Shown: positions 1 to 13,134 of the stretch, piece after piece
Position numbering within the stretch: the first letter of the stretch is position 1
How the letters are laid out: each line of letters begins with the position of its first letter
Program-made: the position numbers and the translations under genes
Origin: Octopus sinensis
Taxonomy: Eukaryota
Assembly: GCF_006345805.1 (NCBI RefSeq)
Contig: NC_042997.1
Coordinates: forward strand, 96,410,001 to 96,474,000
Direction: 5' to 3'
Length of the DNA stretch: 64,000 bases
Notes under the pieces: generated by a model
What the model was told of the DNA's origin: nothing
The model's database searches: none
Seen by the model: the letters and a program-made list of their open reading frames with translations, nothing else

Positions 1-205
1 ACAGGATACTTACCGACTCGTCTGGAGTAAAGAATGACTGAACTTGGGGTTTGGGGGATAGAATGCCAGTCCTCAATTCATAAGCTACAAATGATCACGA
101 TATCCAGGATTATAAAAATCTGCATGACTTTCTTCAGATGCTTAAATCATTATACGTTGCTTCACAACCTTGCTACCAAGTCTGTGGCTGGTCAAACTTT
201 ACTCT
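1..205 (+). mobile_element. 3' end of a decayed REL-type (R4/NeSL-like) non-LTR retrotransposon
   Basis: The frame reads GYLPTRLE*RMTELGVWG..IHKLQMITISRIIKICMTFF, like the C-terminal tail after IVGALG in REL elements; a (TACA)n run follows. Confidence 0.4.
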
Positions 206-228
206 AAATTAAAAAGTCAATGACAAGA

Positions 229-378
229 TATACATACATACATACATAAATACATACATACATACACATACAGACACGTATGCATACATATATACATACA
301 TGCATACATACATACATACATACATACATACATACATACATACATACATACATACATACATACATACATACATGCACA
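229..378. repeat. (TACA)n microsatellite
   Basis: Direct reading; explains the spurious ORFs at 204-434. Confidence 0.95.
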
Positions 379-2580
379 CATGTCTTTGCATTAATCAGTA
401 TTAGGTTTCCACCATAATGATTTGTTTCTAACAACTGATGTTAGTTTTCTGATTTGTATGAACTCAGATTTTATTTCAATATTCTTACGTATCAACTTGG
501 TATGTGTTTGTTCGTTGCCATCATGTTAACTGCTGATGATATGGATTTTGCTGTGAGGCATCTTCGACATATGTAAGGTGATGTCTGCTTGAATCTTGAT
601 AAATAATTCTGTATTAGAATTTCTACAGGGGCGTTTATGGCATTTTTCTTTATCTTTCTTTTTTTTTCTTTTTTTTTTTTGCTACTATATCTTTCTTTGG
701 GAAAACTTTTCTTACAGAACTTGTTTTAGAATTCATCAATTCTTCAATGAAGTTTAGACTATACCACAATTATATCAGCAACTTTCAATTATAGTTTTAT
801 TTGATTGAATGTTTGAAGAATTCTTGTTGCGGGTCAACATCGATTGCAACTTATATATATAAGTCAATTTTGAAAGAGTTAAGATTCAGAAAGTTTCTCA
901 CATATCAGAGCGCTGACACTATAAATATGACAAATGTATGAGTCAGACATACATTAATTCTTCTCGTGCTTGAAGTAAACTTGTTGGTATTCAGAATCAA
1001 AGGACTATACTTCATAGATTGCGCACGTACAACACTGATCACAGTGTTATTAAATTACAATGAAAATCCGTTCGATACTAGCGTTTATTCGTCTGAATAT
1101 ATATTCTTTCACGTAGATAAAGTTAATTGATTCACGTAATCTATTAGATAGAAGAGGTAACGTTTGAAGATGTCATTTCCAGATACTTATATCAAACTAT
1201 TCATCTTGTTGATTCCTAAATTTTACTTTTACTACTGACATTATTAAATCGAAGCTACTAGCAAATAATATTAGGAGCTAAGAGAACTCAGTTATACAAA
1301 TGACTTGTAACATATAGATTAAGATTTAGTTTCTCTGAAATGCTCTCTAACTCAATGAACTACAATGTTAGACAATCAACAGTAAAGATTTTCGAAAAAC
1401 CTTCTATACGTATCCTAAAATATGAAATACAGATTAAAAGTAATCATTATTTCAAAGTTGAGTTGCCATAAGATTGGAAGTTGATAAGCAAAAACTAAAA
1501 CAGAAACTAGTTCTTTTGAAACTATCGCACTCATATTTTTTGTTACTATAGTTAACACAAAACGACACTCCGATAAATAATGAAACAACGTGAGATATAT
1601 GATATCTATTTATCACCATTTTCACTGTTATATAAACGCAAGAGATTTTTTTCTGATTTTGCATGGAAATCTAGTATGTACGAAATTTTTAAAGATAATT
1701 ATACTGAATACGAAGCAAAAATATAAATGCATTCAGACACTAAATAAAAATGAACATAATATTTTATGCATTTATAGCCAATTACGTTTACGAAAGAAAG
1801 TGATTAGCTCTCATAATATGAAGCATTAAATTTGAAGTTAATCCTTTCATTAATATGAGGATGTTGCCCGATTCTTCTGTTCTATATTTGATCCTATTGT
1901 TATCAAAATAGCCTATTGAATTAATTCTATCGTGTATCAGACATTTGTACGGGCAAACATGAATACACAATCAACACTTTACTTTGTAAAAATATACTCC
2001 CTATGGTTTTAAGTGTGAGAAATGTTTCATTCATATCAGCAAGACGCTTATAAGATCGAGTAGCCAAATGGTTCATTATAGATCTTTACTTAATGAGAGC
2101 ATCATTAGTGTTGTATAAACATTGTTTTGCAAGATTTCATTGTATTGTTTAGGTTCTTCAACCAATCTAGTTGATCAAAAGAAAGTAGTTATATTGCAAC
2201 TGTTCTTCCACAAATGGTACAAATACAAATAATTATTTATTTCAGTTTGAATGAAAATATTAAATTGATGTAAGTCGGGAAAGAACGAAAAATTAACCAG
2301 TTTGGGTATTTTAATAACTGTAGTGTATATTTAACTTGTGCCCCATAATCAGGATGATGATCTTTCAAGTAAATTGATTTCATCCGACGTCGAACAATTT
2401 TGAGATTTCTTGTATTGAAGATATAAATACTTGAATCAGTACTTCAGTATTTCTTTTTTTTTGTGCCAACTAAAACTTTGCATACAGAAGAAAATGAATT
2501 AAGCTCTGTCTGTTCAGAAATATGCGAGTAACTGTACCTCGTCAAGCCCGTCTATCGTAGTGAGGTGTCAATTTTTACAG

Positions 2581-2722
2581 AAACGTACTGATGAGAGGTT
2601 AGCTGCCTGAGAATTAGGGGTTTAATCGGAGATACGATGCAGTTTAACTGGATACGAATCAAAATTATCGATTAGATATATGCGCTATGATCGGATACGA
2701 CCCAACCGTGCATCGTCAACAG
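2581..2722 (+). other. Possible exon (tttttacag| ... cag|gtaaca)
   Basis: Unique, higher-GC island bounded by canonical splice signals; no recognisable protein. Confidence 0.2.
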
Positions 2723-3592
2723 GTAACAAACGAAAGAAAAATATGAGTTTACAATCATTTTATAAAGGAAAGGTAAAAGTTTTGACTTGCTTACATTCAT
2801 CAGGCAATCTTAAACTACTGAGGATAAAAATAATTATTTAGCAAAATTTTATGATATCTTCACGTTTGCTTAATTGTAATTCATCATAAAGTGTTATTTT
2901 ATTCATATGCAAATGCGATTCTGTTATTTTTGCTGCTAACATTAGTGTTTTTCATGAGACAATTCAAAGCAATAACTTTATTGATTTGAACTGCAGCAAG
3001 CTGTCTAGTCTAAAAATAGTGTGCCTACAGTGAAGATGAAACATTTAAATCATCCGTGTATATGTACCACTTAGTAACATAGATAAGTGGTGTAACGGTT
3101 ACTAGTATTGTGACATTGACATGCATTCGGTAACGCTTGTCTGTAGGAAAAGTACTTGTAATCGCATAACAAACAGTGTAGCGAAAGATTATTCTACGAT
3201 CCACTTAAGGATGGTTGAACGAAGCGTAATCAAATGCAAACACTTAAAATTAGCATCGCTTAAGATAGAGAGAGAGAGAGAGAGAGAGCTGGAGGGAGAG
3301 AGAGAGACAGACAGATAGATAGAATTCGAAAGTGTGCTGGGACGCACAAGTTACTTGAAACTTTTGGATCGATGAACCGTTCCACACTCCTCTTCTATAT
3401 CCTATAACCCTTGAAAACAACCCTAATATCACTGGATAGGCTAACAATCGGAATTACAACCATGTTATATAAACGTTTTTGCGATTAATACAGAGGTGCC
3501 AATCGGATCAGGGAAACTCGTATATGCTAAATACAAATTAAAAATATCTACTACCATTTCTGAATTTCTGATATATATGTGTATATATATAT

Positions 3593-3774
3593 ATTCTTTT
3601 ATTCTTTTAATTGTTTTAGTCAGACTGTGGCTATGCTTCTGCACTGTCTTTTGTCGAGAAAGCCTATGACTTATTCTATCGGTCACTTTTGCTGAATCAC
3701 TATGTTGCGGGAACGTAAACATACCAGCATCGGCTGTGAAGCGATGTTGGAGGGACAAATACAGACACACCAAT

Positions 3775-3807
<33 letters not shown>

Positions 3808-3962
3808 CATATATAAGTGACAAGCTCCTTTCACTTTCCGTCGGCCTGAGGCTATAGTAGAGGATACTTGCCCAAGGTGCTACGCAGTGGACTGTACCCT
3901 GAACCATGTGAGGAACCATGTGGTAAGCAAGCTACTTGCTACACACCCACTTCTCCTACGCC
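3593..3962 (-). mobile_element. tRNA-derived SINE, family A (CORE-like), diverged and internally deleted
   Basis: Reverse-complement match to the 62677-63090 copy (acttgcccaagg, gaaccatgtg, ttattctatcggtc). Confidence 0.85.
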
Positions 3963-4528
3963 TATATGTGTGTGTGTGTGTGTGTGTATAATTATAAGGT
4001 GTGTTATGAGCAGTTATAGGATATAATCCTATATAAACTAAACTAACCATTAAAGATGGGGTAGAGAATATGTTTCAAATGATAACACCAACAAGAAACA
4101 TGGAAAAAACTAAATTATAATCATATAATTATAATCATAATTAAATTAAAATAACTGAGTATTACCATTCTCCTCAGTGCAAAAGATAGAGAAAACATCA
4201 GGAAAGGTGGTAACAGAAGAATATTACAGCGGACCATATTGGGTCTGTGTCAGATGACTCAGTTGGATATTCATAAAGTGATTGTGTAAGATGAAATATA
4301 AGAACACGGTTCGGTAGTGTTGAGTCTACTTGTGTAAGGACTAAAGCTGATTTGGCTAACGGATGTTTTGAAATATAAATAGGAAACATCGAAGTAAAAT
4401 TATCACTATATGAGTATAATTAAGGTGGTGAAAAAATATTCCATATAGTGTGTTTATCCTAAGGGGAAAATTTATTATATTAATATATGTATACATGCAC
4501 ACATACAAATCATACACACACACATATA

Positions 4529-4574
<46 letters not shown>

Positions 4575-5439
4575 AACATACATATACATACACATACGAA
4601 TTTCCCCGTATACATATACATATAAACAAAATTAAAAAAATTATGCACACACATATATTATACGCATAAGTGGATGTAATCGTACATAAATGTGTGTAAC
4701 CATGCACGTATGCACAAGTGTATACATATACATTCATACAAATACATACACATATTCCCGTATACGTACACACACATATATATTTATATACATATATACA
4801 AAAAGACAAATATCCACACATATATATTATACACATAAGTGCACGTACGCGAACATAAACGTGTATATACGTATACATAAGTGTTTACATATAAATAATA
4901 AGCGTCCAATGGGACATCATAGCTATGAGTGGTGTGCAACGAAGAAGTATTCACAAGAGAGAATGGGGAAAAAATTAAAAGAGAAATAGTTTTGTAAATG
5001 AAGAATATCTAGGATAAGAAGTATAGGTAAATTAATGTGGTTTTATATAACTAACTAGAAAATCGAAAGGCATGAAAATAATAAATTTGTATAATATCAT
5101 AGGGGTAGTATGCTTCTTTATGGTAAGATAGCATTATATTCGTTTGTAAGAAAAACAGGTATAGTTGCCAATATCATAGAATTGAGGGAGAGAAAGAAAG
5201 AAAAATTACTTCCTACCGTTATAATATAAGTCTTCAAAAGTAATTCGCAATGGTAAAAAATTTCATCATTTATTCATGGGTTAGAGATTTATAGTGGAGG
5301 GGAGATAATGCTAAGTACAATTTCAGAAAATATTATATAATCTGTACTCGTGCTTCGTACTTTTTGCCCGCCTAATAGCTCCACGAGCGATATGGTCAAA
5401 ATAAACACCGCAGTGAATGATGAAACATATAAATTTATA

Positions 5440-5697
5440 AATAAGGATAATATTGATATTTAAATATCGATCTTATCAAGTGGCCAGCATGGGAATAAGT
5501 ACCATACAAAGGTAATAATTATTTAAAACTATAAATTAGGGTATCTGAGAGATACCACCATGCTGACATAGCAGTCAAAACCCTGACCCAAAAGCCACCT
5601 TAAATGTTCATATAGTTTTATATAATGATTACCTATGTATGATATTTATTCCTAAGCTGGCCACTTGATAAGATTGATATTTAAATATCGATATAAT

Positions 5698-5703
<6 letters not shown>
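5440..5703. repeat. Fold-back element, ~95 bp imperfect arms (5440-5533 / 5611-5703) with ~75 bp spacer
   Basis: tcttatcaagtggccagc pairs with gctggccacttgataaga; gatatttaaatatc occurs in both arms. Confidence 0.85.
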
Positions 5704-5741
<38 letters not shown>

Positions 5742-5863
5742 TATACTATTGCAAGTACGGAATTAAAATAGGATTTGATGTAAACTGTGCTAGGTATGTT
5801 AGAAATATAAAAAAGAAATAAGTATCAAGAAATAGATAACGAAATGTAATATTATCGTGATCA

Positions 5864-5915
<52 letters not shown>

Positions 5916-6487
5916 ACATATTCATGCATAAACATATATATGTGCACATACACACATATCCATGGATATACACACATACATATATGGAAGCATATGCAGG
6001 TATTAATGGACATATGTATACGTATATACAAATGTATATCAATAACACAAGTAATAGTTAAAATATCAAATAGATTGGTAAAAAGTTGATTATGATAATA
6101 ATAATATAAGTAGTAGTAACTATAATAGGTGAAAGAAGTATATTGTGAAAAATTTACAACATACAAGAACATATTGTGAAAAATTTACAACATACAAAAA
6201 AATGCATCTATATGTGTGTCGAAAACTTTGACTAAAAATATATTGAGTAAGAGGGGAAGAAAAGTGAATTTCTGGTAAAAACTATATAATTATTTAAAGA
6301 AAGTGTGAAAGGGTCTTATAATATTAGTTGACGGGGAATAACATATGAATGACTAGGTAGTGTAAGGTAGATAATATAGAGAGTACAGATGATAGAAATC
6401 ATATGTAAAAAGGTAGTAATTATGTAGAGGGAGGTATTATACGAAGAACTAAATTATGAGGAGGAGTAATATATATATATATATATA

Positions 6488-6537
<50 letters not shown>

Positions 6538-6569
6538 ATATATATATATATGTATCTATATATATATTA

Positions 6570-9500
6570 CATCCTTGCCAGAAAAAGGGAAAGATGGCTG
6601 CTTATAAATGCCAAAACCTTCCCAGGCGAAGAATGCACCCCACAACATAGACTGGTAGTTAGTGACTTTAGGATCAGGACTAGAGGGCGACTAGAGACGA
6701 CCAACATGGAGAAGAAGGTCTGGAAGCTTAAAGACCATGCGAATGACAGAGATTTAGAGATATGTTACTTGAAGCCTTTGACGAAGTGGAATGGGTATAG
6801 CTACACATGGGGTAGAAGACAACTGGACGTTTCTGAGGGACAACCTGCTGAAGCCGCTGACCAGATCTGTGGCTGGTGCAAAGTCCCCTTAAGACCCAAA
6901 TAACGTGGTGGTGGAACAATATTGTTGACAGGGCTATTAGACAAAAGAAACAGGCTTGGAAGGCTGGAAGAACGGTGGTAGCAGGAAGGGTATCAGACTG
7001 CCAGAAGGGAAGCTAGGAGACAGGTCTATCTAGCCAGAGGGGAAGCAGATAAGAGAAAATTTGCCAATGTCCTGCGCCGTGAGGATGAAAGACTTGAGGT
7101 ATTTCGTGTTGCAAGACAGTGTGTGAGAGAGAATCGTGATGTGGTAGGAGAGAAATGTGTTCGCATGGAGGATGGTTCACTTGCGCTAAATGAGGATGCA
7201 AGAGAGAAGCTTGGAGACGCCACTATGAAAGGTTGCTGAATGAGGAAAATGAATGGGATAAAGAGAGTCTGCTGCCGAATGTTGACCCTACAGAGGGACC
7301 AGCTATCCGAGTTGATAGTTCCGTGGTAGCTAAGGCAATTAGAAGCATGAAGACAGGGAAAGCCCCAGGCCCATCAGGAATTACTGCAGAGATGCTCAAA
7401 ATATCTGGCAGTGTCGGCTATAACCTAGTCACCCGTATAGTCAACCAGGTGATACACGAAGGAGTCATACCCAATGACTGGTGCAGCAGCATACTAGTCA
7501 ACTGCTACAAAGGTAAAGGTGATGCCCTAGATACAAATAATTACAGAGGTATCAACTGTTGGATCAAGTAATGAAGGTTACGGAGAGGGTCATAGCCCAA
7601 CTAATTAGAGAGAGAGTTAGTTTAGATGAGATGCAGTTTGGGTTCGTGCCAGGGAAAAGTACCACTGATGCTATATTCCTGGTAAGGCAGCTGCAGGAGA
7701 AATACCTAGCCAAAGATAAGCCCCTGTACCTGGCTTTCGTTGACATGGAGAAAGCTTTTGATAGGGTCCCCCGATCCCTTATCTGGTGGTCAATGAGGAA
7801 GCTAGGGATAGATGAATGGCTGGTGAGGACTGTGCAAGCCATGTACAGAGATGCCGTAAGTAAGGTTAGGGTTGGCAACATGTACACAGAAGAATTCAAA
7901 GTAGAGGTTGGGGTCCACCAGGGTTCAGTACTCAGCCCCCTCCTATTTATCATAGTACTCCAGGCAATTACGGAGGAATTCAAGACAGGCTGTCCCTGGG
8001 AGCTCCTCTACGCTGACGACCTTGCTCTTATTGCTGAGTCACTATCAGAACTGGAGGAGAAGTTCCAGGTGTGGAAGGAGGGTTTAGAATCAAGGGCCTT
8101 AGAGTCAACCTAGCTAAAACCAAAGTACTAATAAGTAGAAAGGTAGACAATCCACAAATATCTTCAGGAAGATGGCCCTGCTCGATCTGTAGAAAAGGTG
8201 TAGGTAGAAACTCTATAAGATGTACCCAGTGTAAGCTATGGACACATAAGAGGTGCAGCAATGTCAAAGGTAGGCTAACTGGAAGATAGTTTTTGTATGT
8301 GGCAGATGCTCGGGAGCATTAACCTCCGAAAATCTGCAGAAAACAACTTCCGTCACTTTCCAGGGGAAAAACTAGAAGTAGTTGATAGCTTCCGTTATCT
8401 AGGTGACCAAGTCAGTAGTGGGGGTGGGTGCGCTGAAAGTGTAACTGCTAGAATAAGAATAGCCTGGGCAAAGTTTAGGGAGCTCTTACCTCTGCTGGTG
8501 ATTAAGGCCTCTCGCTCAGAGTAAAAGGCAGACTGTATGATGCGTGTGTACGAACAGCCATGCTACATGGCAGCGAAACATGGGCCGTGACTGCTGAGGA
8601 CATGCGTAAGCTCGTGAGGAATGAAGCCAGTATGCTCCGATGGATGTGTAATGTCAGTGTACATACTCGACAGAGCGTTAGCACCTTGAGAGAAATGTTG
8701 TACCTAAGAAGCATCAGTTGTGGTGTGCAAGAGAGACGATTGCGCTGGTATGGTCATGTGGCGAGAATGGATGAAGATGGGTGTGTGAGAAAGTGCCAAT
8801 CCCTAGCAGTTGAGGGAACCCGTGGAAGAGGTAGACCCAGGAAAACCTGGGACGAGGTGGTGAAGCACGACCTTCGAACTTTAGGCCTCACTGAGGAAAT
8901 GACCAGCGACCGAGACCTTTGGAAATATTCTGTACGTGAAGAACCAGGCAGGACAAGTGAGCCCAGCCCACTTATGAATGCCTTTCCTCCCTTGGACACA
9001 AAGACCGGTTGAGGCAAGCGAAGTCGATATAGAACCTCATCCGACGACAGACACCCATGCCAACCCCCCATGCTTGCGAAGACATGTTGGGGCAATCGAA
9101 ATCGAAACGAATTGAACCAGCCAGGATCCCTGGCCTGGTGGTACGTAAAAAGCACTATCCGACTCGTGCCGTGGCACGTAAAATACTCCAATGCGACCGT
9201 ACAACAGGCACCCATGCCAACCCCCCTTTGCTTGTGAAGACTGTTGGGGCAAGCGAATCGAAATCGAATTGAACCAGCCAGGATCCCTGGTCTGGTGGTA
9301 CGTAAAAAGCACTATCCGACTCGCTCGCGGGCCGTGGCACGTAAAATACTCCAATGCGACCGTACGACAGGCACCCATGCCAACCCCCCTTTGCTTGTGA
9401 AGACATGTTGGGGCAAGCGAAATCGAAATCGAATTGAACCAGCCAGGATCCCTGGTCTGGTGGTACGTAAAAAGCACTATCCGACTCGTGGCCGATGCCA

Positions 9501-9780
9501 GCACCGCCTCGACTGGCTTCCGTGCCGGTGGCACATAAAATACACCAATCTGACCGTGGCCGTTGCCAGCCCCGCCTGGCACCTGTGCAGGTGGCACGTA
9601 AAAAGCACCCCCTACACTCACGGAGTGGTTGGCGTTAGGAAGGGCATCCAGCTGTAGAAACATTGCCAGATTAGACTGGAGCCTGGTGCAGCCTTCTGGC
9701 TTCCCAGAACCCTGGTCGAACCGTCCAACCCATGCTAGCATGGAGAACGGACGTTAAACGACGATGATGATGATGATGAT
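6570..9780 (+). mobile_element. RTE-clade LINE, 5'-truncated and frameshifted (APE end, RT, PHD insert, C-terminus, 3' UTR, (GAT)n tail)
   Basis: APE C-terminal motif ILARK..QHRLVVSDF; RT motifs GKAPGPSGI, QFGFVPGKST, FVDMEKAFD, GVHQGSVLSP, LYADD; RTE C-terminus RRLRWYGHVARM..RGRGRPRKTW; tail gatgatgat at ~9763-9780. Confidence 0.96.
9044..9493 (+). repeat. ~160 bp tandem repeat (about 2.8 units) in the RTE 3' UTR
   Basis: Units start near 9044, 9201 and 9364 (caggcacccatgccaacccccc..., gaaccagccaggatccctgg). Confidence 0.93.
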
Positions 9781-9961
9781 GTACATACATATATATATAG
9801 TATATATATATAACATGCTACATATATATATATATATATACATATATATATTATATATATATATATATTATATATATATAATATATATATATATATATTA
9901 CGGAGTTGTTGTACTCGCATAGCAAGTGATTCGATCTGAGATCGTGTGGGCTGGAACGAAA

Positions 9962-10261
9962 ACAATTGCAGCGTGAAGGTGTTTTGTAAGCCTTTAAGAA
10001 CACACGAAAGCCCGGTCGATTCACTTCAACATTTAAGTTTAATTTGTCAAAATATTTTCGTCGCTAAAATCCGCGACCTGTTCACTGACAAAATCCGTGC
10101 TGCATCTGATTCTTGTATGCATCCGATTTTTGTCAGTGAACAGGTCGCGGATTTTAGCAGACCAAAATATTTTGACAAATTAAACTTAAATGTTGAAGTG
10201 AATCGAACGGCTTTTGTGTGTTTCTTAAATGGCTTATAAACACCTTTCACGCTGCAATTGT
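9962..10261. mobile_element. Fold-back element (~135 bp arms) with a hammerhead-like motif in each arm; putative Penelope-derived
   Basis: Arms 9962-10095 and 10125-10261 are reverse complements. Confidence 0.85.
10043..10092 (-). ncRNA. Minimal type-I hammerhead ribozyme motif, G3:C8 variant (second copy on + at 10129-10179)
   Basis: TTTGTCA-GTGAACA-G-GTCGC-GGATTTTA-GCGAC-GAA-A-ATAT-T-T-TGACAAA: 7 bp stem I, 5 bp stem II, palindromic vestigial stem III. Confidence 0.6.
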
Positions 10262-10262
10262 G

Positions 10263-10480
10263 TACTCTTTTACTCTCTTACTTGTTTCAGTCATTTGACT
10301 GCGGCCATGCTGGAGCACCGCCTTTAGTCGAGCTAATCGACCCCTGACTTATTCTTTGTAAGCCCAGTACTTATTCTATCGGTCTCTTTGCCGAACCGCT
10401 AAGTGACGGGGACGTAAACACCCAGCATCGGTTGTCAAGCAATGCTAGGGGGACAAACACAGGCACACTAACACACACAC
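10263..10480 (-). mobile_element. SINE family A, 3' half
   Basis: tactcttttactc...cagtcatttgactgcggccatgctggagcaccgcc, near-identical to the reverse complement of the 63000-63090 region. Confidence 0.92.
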
Positions 10481-10562
10481 ACATATATATATATATATAC
10501 ATATCTATAATATATATATACATATATATATATAATATATACATAATATATATATATTATAC

Positions 10563-10600
<38 letters not shown>

Positions 10601-10750
10601 CTATAATATATATATAATATATATATATTAATATATATATATAATATATAAATCCGTAATAGAAGGGTGAAATTAATTAATTTGGAAAAATTATCAATTA
10701 CCCAAGTAGTCTTCGGCATGTAAAAGCCTCATTCGAGGAAAATTTAAGTA

Positions 10751-10985
10751 ATACTAAGCAATAAGGGTTTAGCAACGAGTCCTTACCACATACCGAATTT
10801 AGAAATAGCAGTCAAGGGTTATAGCTATTTCTTCTACTAAAACCTCGCGATCGTTCCAGCACACGATCGTTCCAGCACACGATCTCAGATCCCTTTTTAG
10901 TAGAAGAAATAGCTATACCCTTTGACTGCTATTTCTAAATTCGGTATGTGGTAAGGCAACTCGTGCTAACCTTATTGCTTAGTAT
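10751..10985. repeat. Fold-back element, ~90 bp arms; spacer holds a 16 bp tandem duplication
   Basis: ccacataccgaatttagaaatagcagtcaa pairs with ttgactgctatttctaaattcggtatgtgg; gatcgttccagcacac x2 in the spacer. Confidence 0.9.
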
Positions 10986-12033
10986 ATATATAATATATAA
11001 TATATATATACATATATATATACATATATACATATATATATACAATATATATACATATATACATATATATATATAATATATATATATCTATAATATATAT
11101 ATATATCAGTTAATGCAGCACATGTGAACAGCTAGATGGGAAAATATCGGACATATAATTAGCCATATGTCTGCTGTTTATACTTGCACGGAAATATAGT
11201 CGTACACACAAGCACGCATACACTCGCACACATACACACACATACACAGAGATGCAAATACGCGCGCGCGCACATAGACACGAACTTACACAAAATCGCA
11301 AGTCTTTAGACTTGCCTCAAAAAAGAAAGATTGAGATTTTAAGTAGCAAATATCAGCTATGGACAGAGATGATAGACATAATCATTAACAAATAAACTGT
11401 AGGTGAAACAGAGTAGTGTGAACAGATTAACTGGGAGTGGAATAAGGAAATATTGAAAAATAGGTTGGAAATAATTAAGGATGCTCACTTTGATAGCAAG
11501 GACCATTCCGAAACAAAAATAGAAAGTTCAATATTAAAACAAGGATAGCAAACAGAATACTTATTCTTAGTAACACCCATGTACAATTGTTAGCAAAACT
11601 ATCCAGAAATTTTGCAGCCATACAGTTATCTATGCCAATTCTGTTATTGGGCGGCTCTTTGATAGCGACATTCATGCCGTCAGGAACTGTAGAATGTACT
11701 CGGCAACGCAATATTTTACAATAAAATATAATATATTACAGAGCAATATAACGCAGTACAATATGATATGATTAATATAATATGATTAATATACAATAAT
11801 GTAATTAATATGATATAATACAATTAATACGATATAATATAATTACAATGTTATCCGTTATATGATGAGCAAATCTGGGAGTATACTACTGTGCCATGCG
11901 TAATATCAGAAAAATGGCATACACAAAATAATTTAACTAATATCAGATTTCTTTGTGCTTATACAAAAATGACAAAAGGTAATTTAAATTTAATTTTTTA
12001 AAAAATCAATATTTATTAACATTTTTTCTTTAG

Positions 12034-12115
12034 AGACGGCGAGCTTCCAAAATATATTGCAGGCCGAACAAAATGCTTAGCGAAGTTCTGGGTTCAAATG
12101 TCTTTCATTCCACAG
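12034..12115 (+). mobile_element. SINE family B fragment
   Basis: ggcgagct...aaatgcttagcg...gttctgggttcaaat resembles the head at 61388. Confidence 0.5.
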
Positions 12116-12451
12116 TTGCTGGTATTTTGCAACAATTTGAAACCTATATTTATTAAATTTATTTGAGAGTACAATGTGCCTTCCAGATGTTTAAAAATCA
12201 TTTCGGGACAGACATATATTAATACAAAACCCTAGTTTTCTTTAAAATAGAACTTCGAACTTCAGTGCACTTGTTGTAGCGTTCCAGTCACTTCTTGAAG
12301 GCCCCATGGAAATCCATCTCCACCCCGTATATATATGTCTGTGTGTGTGTGAGAGAGAGAAAGAGAGAGAGAGAGAGAGATAGTATGTGTTCGCCTATCT
12401 GTAAGAGGATGCATATATACATGTATATTTGTGTGAATGTATGCGTACATG

Positions 12452-12533
<82 letters not shown>

Positions 12534-13095
12534 GTACGTGTATGTGCACGCAGCGCATTTGCTATGGTGTATCTGTATATAATCGTGCGTCTATATTTAC
12601 AAACATACATTTCTGAGTATGACTGTTTTCTAACTTATCTAACACGAAAATGTTTCTTTGTTTCCATTTGAAGCGAATATATTTTTATTTTTGTTTTATT
12701 TGTCTCTACATATTTTCTTTATAGAGACTTATGCAAAACATTGTATTACACTTTCAACAGTTTAGATGCATTTCAGTTGCCGATTTTCGTTTTTATTACA
12801 CTAATTTCATTGTTTTTCATATAATCTCTTAAATTTGATATGCTTTAAATTACTCTATTTCGCTTTTGGATTTGGTTTGCAAGATTCTTTGTGTTAAATA
12901 CTAAGGCACTAAAAGAGAATGCCTCTCCCCAGACACAACAGAATTAAATTCTTCTGTTCATACGTTTATAATTGACTCATTCGCCCTCTCTGCCTATAGC
13001 CTTGCCTATCACCTTTTCCCCTAAGCTTCCTTTTTCCTATCACATTCTACCACTACTTACTCTGCCCACGTTAATCACCTTCTACTCCGCTCTCT

Positions 13096-13134
<39 letters not shown>

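Noticed and set aside
2585-2620. CTGATGA-GAGG..CCT hammerhead-like start
   Set aside because: No GAAA after stem II and no stem I.
9044-9493. Regularly spaced repeats resembling a CRISPR array
   Set aside because: Whole units repeat with no unique spacers; eukaryotic LINE 3' UTR; no cas genes.
9620-9670. Twister ribozyme near ggaagggcatcc
   Set aside because: Twister core elements (UAAC.., GUCCCAAGCCC, GAGGG) are not present.
7564-9741. Antisense ORFs over the RTE LINE (also 50079-50540)
   Set aside because: Shadows of coding or GC-rich repeat sequence.
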